A stretch of DNA of 64,000 nucleotides from Felis catus (lineage: Eukaryota), in NCBI RefSeq assembly GCF_018350175.1, contig NC_058368.1, positions 91,824,001 to 91,888,000 of the forward strand, written 5' to 3'. Positions 59,816 through 64,000 of the stretch are shown one piece after another (the stretch's first letter is position 1; every line of letters starts with the position of its first letter). The notes beneath the pieces were generated by a model, which ran no database searches, was not told the DNA's origin, and saw only the letters and a list, made by a program, of their open reading frames with translations. Position numbers and translations under genes: made by a program.

Positions 59816-61404
59816 CTGCCAGGGAGTCATTGGAAGGACTTTGTCAGGATTCATAGTTGCAGACAATAGAATCCAGTTTAAGCCAGTTTAAGAAGAAAAG
59901 AAAAGAATAAAAGCTTCATTAAGGGATATGAAGGAAGACAGGAGTTTCCCTGAATGGCTCCCAGAGCCACCTCTGAACCAGCCTGCCAAGAACACTCCCA
60001 CCAGATCAGGAAGCTTCCTCACGGCTGCTGGCTCAGAACCGCTCTGCCTCTCCCTGCACAGCGGAAGCCCTGAGCCCTGCCTCTGTGCCCCCCTAACTCA
60101 GCTCAGATGTGACTGACAAGTGGGCTGTAAATGACACCCACCACTCACCCCAACAAAGCGGGGAGGTTTGTAACCAGTGTTGCAAGGTTGCGCCATGGGG
60201 AGGCGTCCAGAAGTGAACAGGGTGACCGAAAGGTTTGGGACGGCCACAAATGACCCCCGACTGCTCCGGGGAAGGGGGGGGCGGTCACCCAGCCGAGACC
60301 CCGCCAAACCACCACCCACCTTGCCTGGAGTGGTCTCGGCCCAGGAACTTCACACTACAGGAGGCTTCAGAGTTCCCAGATAACAAAGGCACTGCTCAGA
60401 GAAAAGATGCCCTCAGACGCCCAGAGCCCAGGGTGGTCCCTGGCAGGCCAGCGGGCAGCTTCCTGGCAGCTGTGCCCACCCTCCTGGCCAAGCATCTTTG
60501 CCCGGCTTGCACGTGCCTTCTTCCCGGCCTGGCCCCCCTCCCCAGGCTGCCAGCCTGGGCAGCTGTCACTCTTTGGGAACTCTTTGTTCTCTTTGTGGAA
60601 TTTAAAGGAAGGTTCTGCCAGCTTGGATGGAGACTGGGCTCGGCTATTTCCCAGCAACTGATAACAGCTGGGATTAAAAGATGAAAAACCACGCAGATGT
60701 CCCAGCTCTGCCGGAAATCAAGAAGCCAAGTGTCTGTGTCCAAACCCCTGTGCCCTGTGGCATTTGTGCCTGCCGCACCCTCCTGATGGCGGCCCTGTCT
60801 GCCCTCAGAGCCCCACCCGCCTAAGGACCCCGCCCAATGGGGCACCATCTCCAAGCCACTGATTTCCCCCAGGGGCCGTTTGCGGAACCCTAGGGGCACA
60901 CAGCCAGCACCCCTCATCAGAACACAGGACTCAGGCTGGATTGTGAGTTCCGAGCCTCGGCCCCTGGCGGGCAGAGTGGCCTCTTTCATTTTTATTGCAA
61001 CATTTACCAAGTGACAGGCCTGTGATCAGCGCCCCGGTGGTGGCTCTTATGTAAGCCTCACAACTCGAGAAGGTAGATGCCAAGAGATCCTGGGTTTGCA
61101 GACCTGGAAACCGAGCCTTGGGGAGATTAGGTGACCTACCCAGGGTGAAGCGGGGATTCAGCCCAGGTCTACTTGGCTTCACAGCCTCCACTTGGGACCC
61201 TGCACTTTGCTGCCTGGTCTGCAGGCTCTGCAGCAAGAGAAACCCAGAAGCAGCATTTCTGCCTTCCAGAAGGTTCCTTTGGCCACTCAGAGCCTCCCCA
61301 AGCTGCCCTCACCAATGCCCTGGTGATGGGAGGGGAACCACAGGCAACACACTGTGACAGCGTGTGATTTGGGGCAAGTCATTGCCCCAGTTGGGTCTTT
61401 GTTT

Positions 61405-61900
61405 CCTCATTTCGTTCGCTCAACAAATACTTCTGAGCGCCAAGCACTAGGAAATAAAACAGACGAGATCTGTCAAGGAGCTTATATTCTCACAGCATGA
61501 AGACATACAGTGGGCAGGTGACACATGAGGTGGGGAAGACAGTGGGGAGCTGATGAGCCAAGGCCGTTAGAGAGCGCCACTCTGAGGAGGTGACATTTGA
61601 GCTAAGACCCAGGTGACAGAAGAAGCCAGCCACAGGGAGGTGGCTGGGCTTCCCAGACAGAGGACCCCTCCTCTGAAGCAGGAATGGGGGTGGGGACACG
61701 GGAAGAGCGGAAGGAAGGTCCTTGCGGTTAAACCAGGGCTGGGGGATTTGATATGAAGTCACAGGTGTAGCCCAGGGGCAGAGTGTGTTGTGGGCCAAGG
61801 GGAGGTGGCGGATCTTTACCTGAATTCAGAGGAAGGCTTTCGATGGCTTGACCAGGAGAAGGACATGCCCTGAATGAACAGACAGTGAGAACTGGGGACA
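61405..61900 (-). mobile_element. L2 fragment
   Basis: CTCAACAAATACTTCTGAGCG...CTCTGAGGAGGTGACATTTGAGCTAAGACC. Confidence 0.75.
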
Positions 61901-62116
61901 GGACAAACCCAAGAAAGTCAAAGCTCACAGAGGTACAGTGCGTGTGGGGGTCAGTACTTCATAGTTTTCGGGGGAGAGAAGGTAGATCTGAAAATAACAG
62001 GAAAGCAAAAGTCTCTGGGCCCTTCTCCTGGGGAGACAGGGCAGCAGGTGAGGCTCGGGGGCCAGCCCACACCGTCTGAGGGGACCCAGTCGGAACTGAG
62101 GCTTTGTCCAGTTGTC

Positions 62117-62315
62117 TTTTTTTTTTTAATGTTTATTTTTGAGAGAGAATGTGTGAGGGGGGAGGTGCAGAGAGAGAAGAAGAGAAACAAATCCAAGCAG
62201 GCTCCAGGCTCTGAGCTGTCAGCAGAGCCCGACATGGGGCTCGAACCCACAAACCAAGAGACCATGACCTGAGCTGAAGTCGGACACTTAACTGACTGAG
62301 CCACCCAGGCACCCC
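62117..62315 (-). mobile_element. CanSINE
   Basis: Perfect TSD TGTCCAGTTGTCTT. Confidence 0.95.
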
Positions 62316-62708
62316 TGTCCAGTTGTCTTAGAAATGGAAGCTGACTCTGGTGGATTCTAAAGTCGGACACAGCAGATTTCCATCCTGACTGCGTCGTCCA
62401 CGGTCAAGAAATCAGATACGGCTGTTTTCACCTGGGAATAAATTTGTCTGATAAAATTTGGAAATCAGTTTGGCAGTGAACTGGTGAACAGGTTTGGCGG
62501 GGGTGCCGTGAGCAGAAAAATCCAGCTGACACTTGCAACTTGAAATTGGCCACCTGGAGAAGGGCTTTCTGCCTGACAAAGTGGCTTTGAGGTGTTGGAA
62601 CTGACAGCACTTGTTAGCTGGGGAGCCGGAGGTCAGATCCCAGACCCCCAAGACCAGAGCCAACCCCCCACCCCAGGCTAGCTGTGTTTTCCTGCACACC
62701 CTTTGGGG

Positions 62709-62914
62709 TTTTTTGGTTTTTTTTTTTAATGTGTATTTATTTTTGAGACAGAGTGTGCATGCAAGCAGGGGAGGGGAAGAGAGAGAGGGAGACAGAGGAT
62801 CTGAAGCAGGCTCTACACACTGACATCAGCAAGCCCAATTCGGGGCTCGAACTCAACGAAGCGTGAGATCATGACCTGAGCCGACACTCAGCTGACTGAG
62901 CCACCCAGGTGCCC
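62709..62914 (-). mobile_element. CanSINE
   Basis: Reverse-complement element, GCAC(A)CCCTT flanks. Confidence 0.9.
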
Positions 62915-63129
62915 GCACCCTTCAGTTTTATCATCCTGAAGCCATCAGTCCTCAGTCCTGCTGTCTGAATGCCCTTTTCACCTCTAGTCCCTTGCCTGAG
63001 TTGTGAGGCCCCATCGTCACTCTCACGCATGGCTGCAACAGGTGCCTGCCCAGTCCCCTGGCTCCCACCCCTCGAGTGGCCCCCGCCCACCCCCGGGACC
63101 ACGGGTATCCAAGTCAGTACACGTTGCCA

Positions 63130-63410
63130 GGCCTGGGAATCAGAATCTCTGGGGCTGACCTGGAAATCTGCTCTCTCAACAAGCCTCCTGTTTGAGAAGC
63201 GCTGGCCTGAAGGATAAAACACAAATTCTTTAGGACTGGGCTCCTCGGACTTTAGGTCAATGCTTCTCAAACTGGTTCTGGGCCAGCAGCATCAACATCA
63301 TCCGGGAATTGTTTGAATTACAAATTGAAGACCCACCCTGAGACTTACTGAAGCCAGAAACTCTGTGGGGGGTGAGGCCCAGCCATCAGTTCTAGGGGGA
63401 CCCGATGGGA
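63130..63410. mobile_element. MER5A-type fragments (two pieces)
   Basis: GAATCAGAATCTCTGGGG...TTTGAGAAGC; TGCTTCTCAAACT...CCAGCAGCATCAACATCA. Confidence 0.7.
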
Positions 63411-63811
63411 GTGCAAGGTCATGGCAAGGCCTTTGTGCCTGCTGTCCTTCCTGCCTGGGACGCCTTCCTGCCTGGGACGCCTTCTCTTTGCCCAGTCAGC
63501 TCCAAGGGGCTGCCTGGCCTCATCTGAAACAAAAGTTTCTCAGGGAAACCTGGAGCCTGCAGAGGCCAGACTGTGTTCACCTACTACATACTGTAGGAGG
63601 TCCCTCCTGTACATTTCCTTCATAGCGCTTACCAGTCTGTAATTTGGTAACACCCTTGAGCCAACACCTGTCTCCCCCAACTAGTCTGTAATGATGGTGG
63701 GGGCTGTGCCTAGCTTACTCCTGTTCTCTCCCCGGTCCCTGGCAAATAGTGGGGTTCTGTTGGAAATTATCACCTTCCTCTGAATAGCATGAATATCCTG
63801 TGACTTCTTGA

Positions 63812-64000
63812 TTTTTATATATTTTTTAAAGTTTATGTGAGAGACTGGAGAGAGAATGAATGGGGGAGGGGCAGAGAGAAGGAGAGACAGAATCTCAAGC
63901 AGGCTCTGCACTGTCATCGCAGGGTCCTGATGTGGGTCCCGAACTCACAAACCACGAGATCATGACCTGAGCCAAGATCAAGGGTCGGACTCTTAACCGA
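63812..64000 (-). mobile_element. CanSINE cut by the window edge
   Basis: Reverse-complement body; head runs off the end. Confidence 0.92.

Noticed and set aside
1121..63917. Dozens of ORFs containing AWVAQSVKRPTSAQVMISRFVSSSP, LSLSLSLSQK or ERERERE
   Set aside because: These are translations of CanSINE copies and their (CT)n/(GA)n tracts, not genes
1..64000. Assignment of a host gene, locus name or exact species
   Set aside because: No recognisable exon; SINE content supports Felidae only

Overview
This is mammalian, non-coding-looking genomic DNA from a felid (cat family), judged from the many tRNA-derived CanSINE/SINEC_Fc-type elements. I count about 69 SINE copies or fragments by eye (roughly one per kb), often stacked, nested or inverted. 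Older eutherian repeats are interspersed: L1M 3' fragments, L2, MIR, MLT1 LTRs, and MER5A/MER33/MER45/MER102/MER46C/Tigger2-type DNA-transposon fossils, plus microsatellites. Repeat family names come from remembered consensus sequences, not from a search. I recognise no protein-coding gene, RNA gene or true CpG island, and the ORF track is explained by repeats and GC-rich chance ORFs. The most interesting non-repeat signals are: (i) several well-formed minus-strand splice-site pairs (22826-22905, 16828-16897, 14208-14272, ~10190-10318) that join into one open frame ending just before an ATTAAA signal, which is hypothetical; (ii) short palindromes and motif-dense AT-rich islands that look like enhancers; (iii) very young, TSD-flanked SINE insertions and a tail-only retro-insertion.
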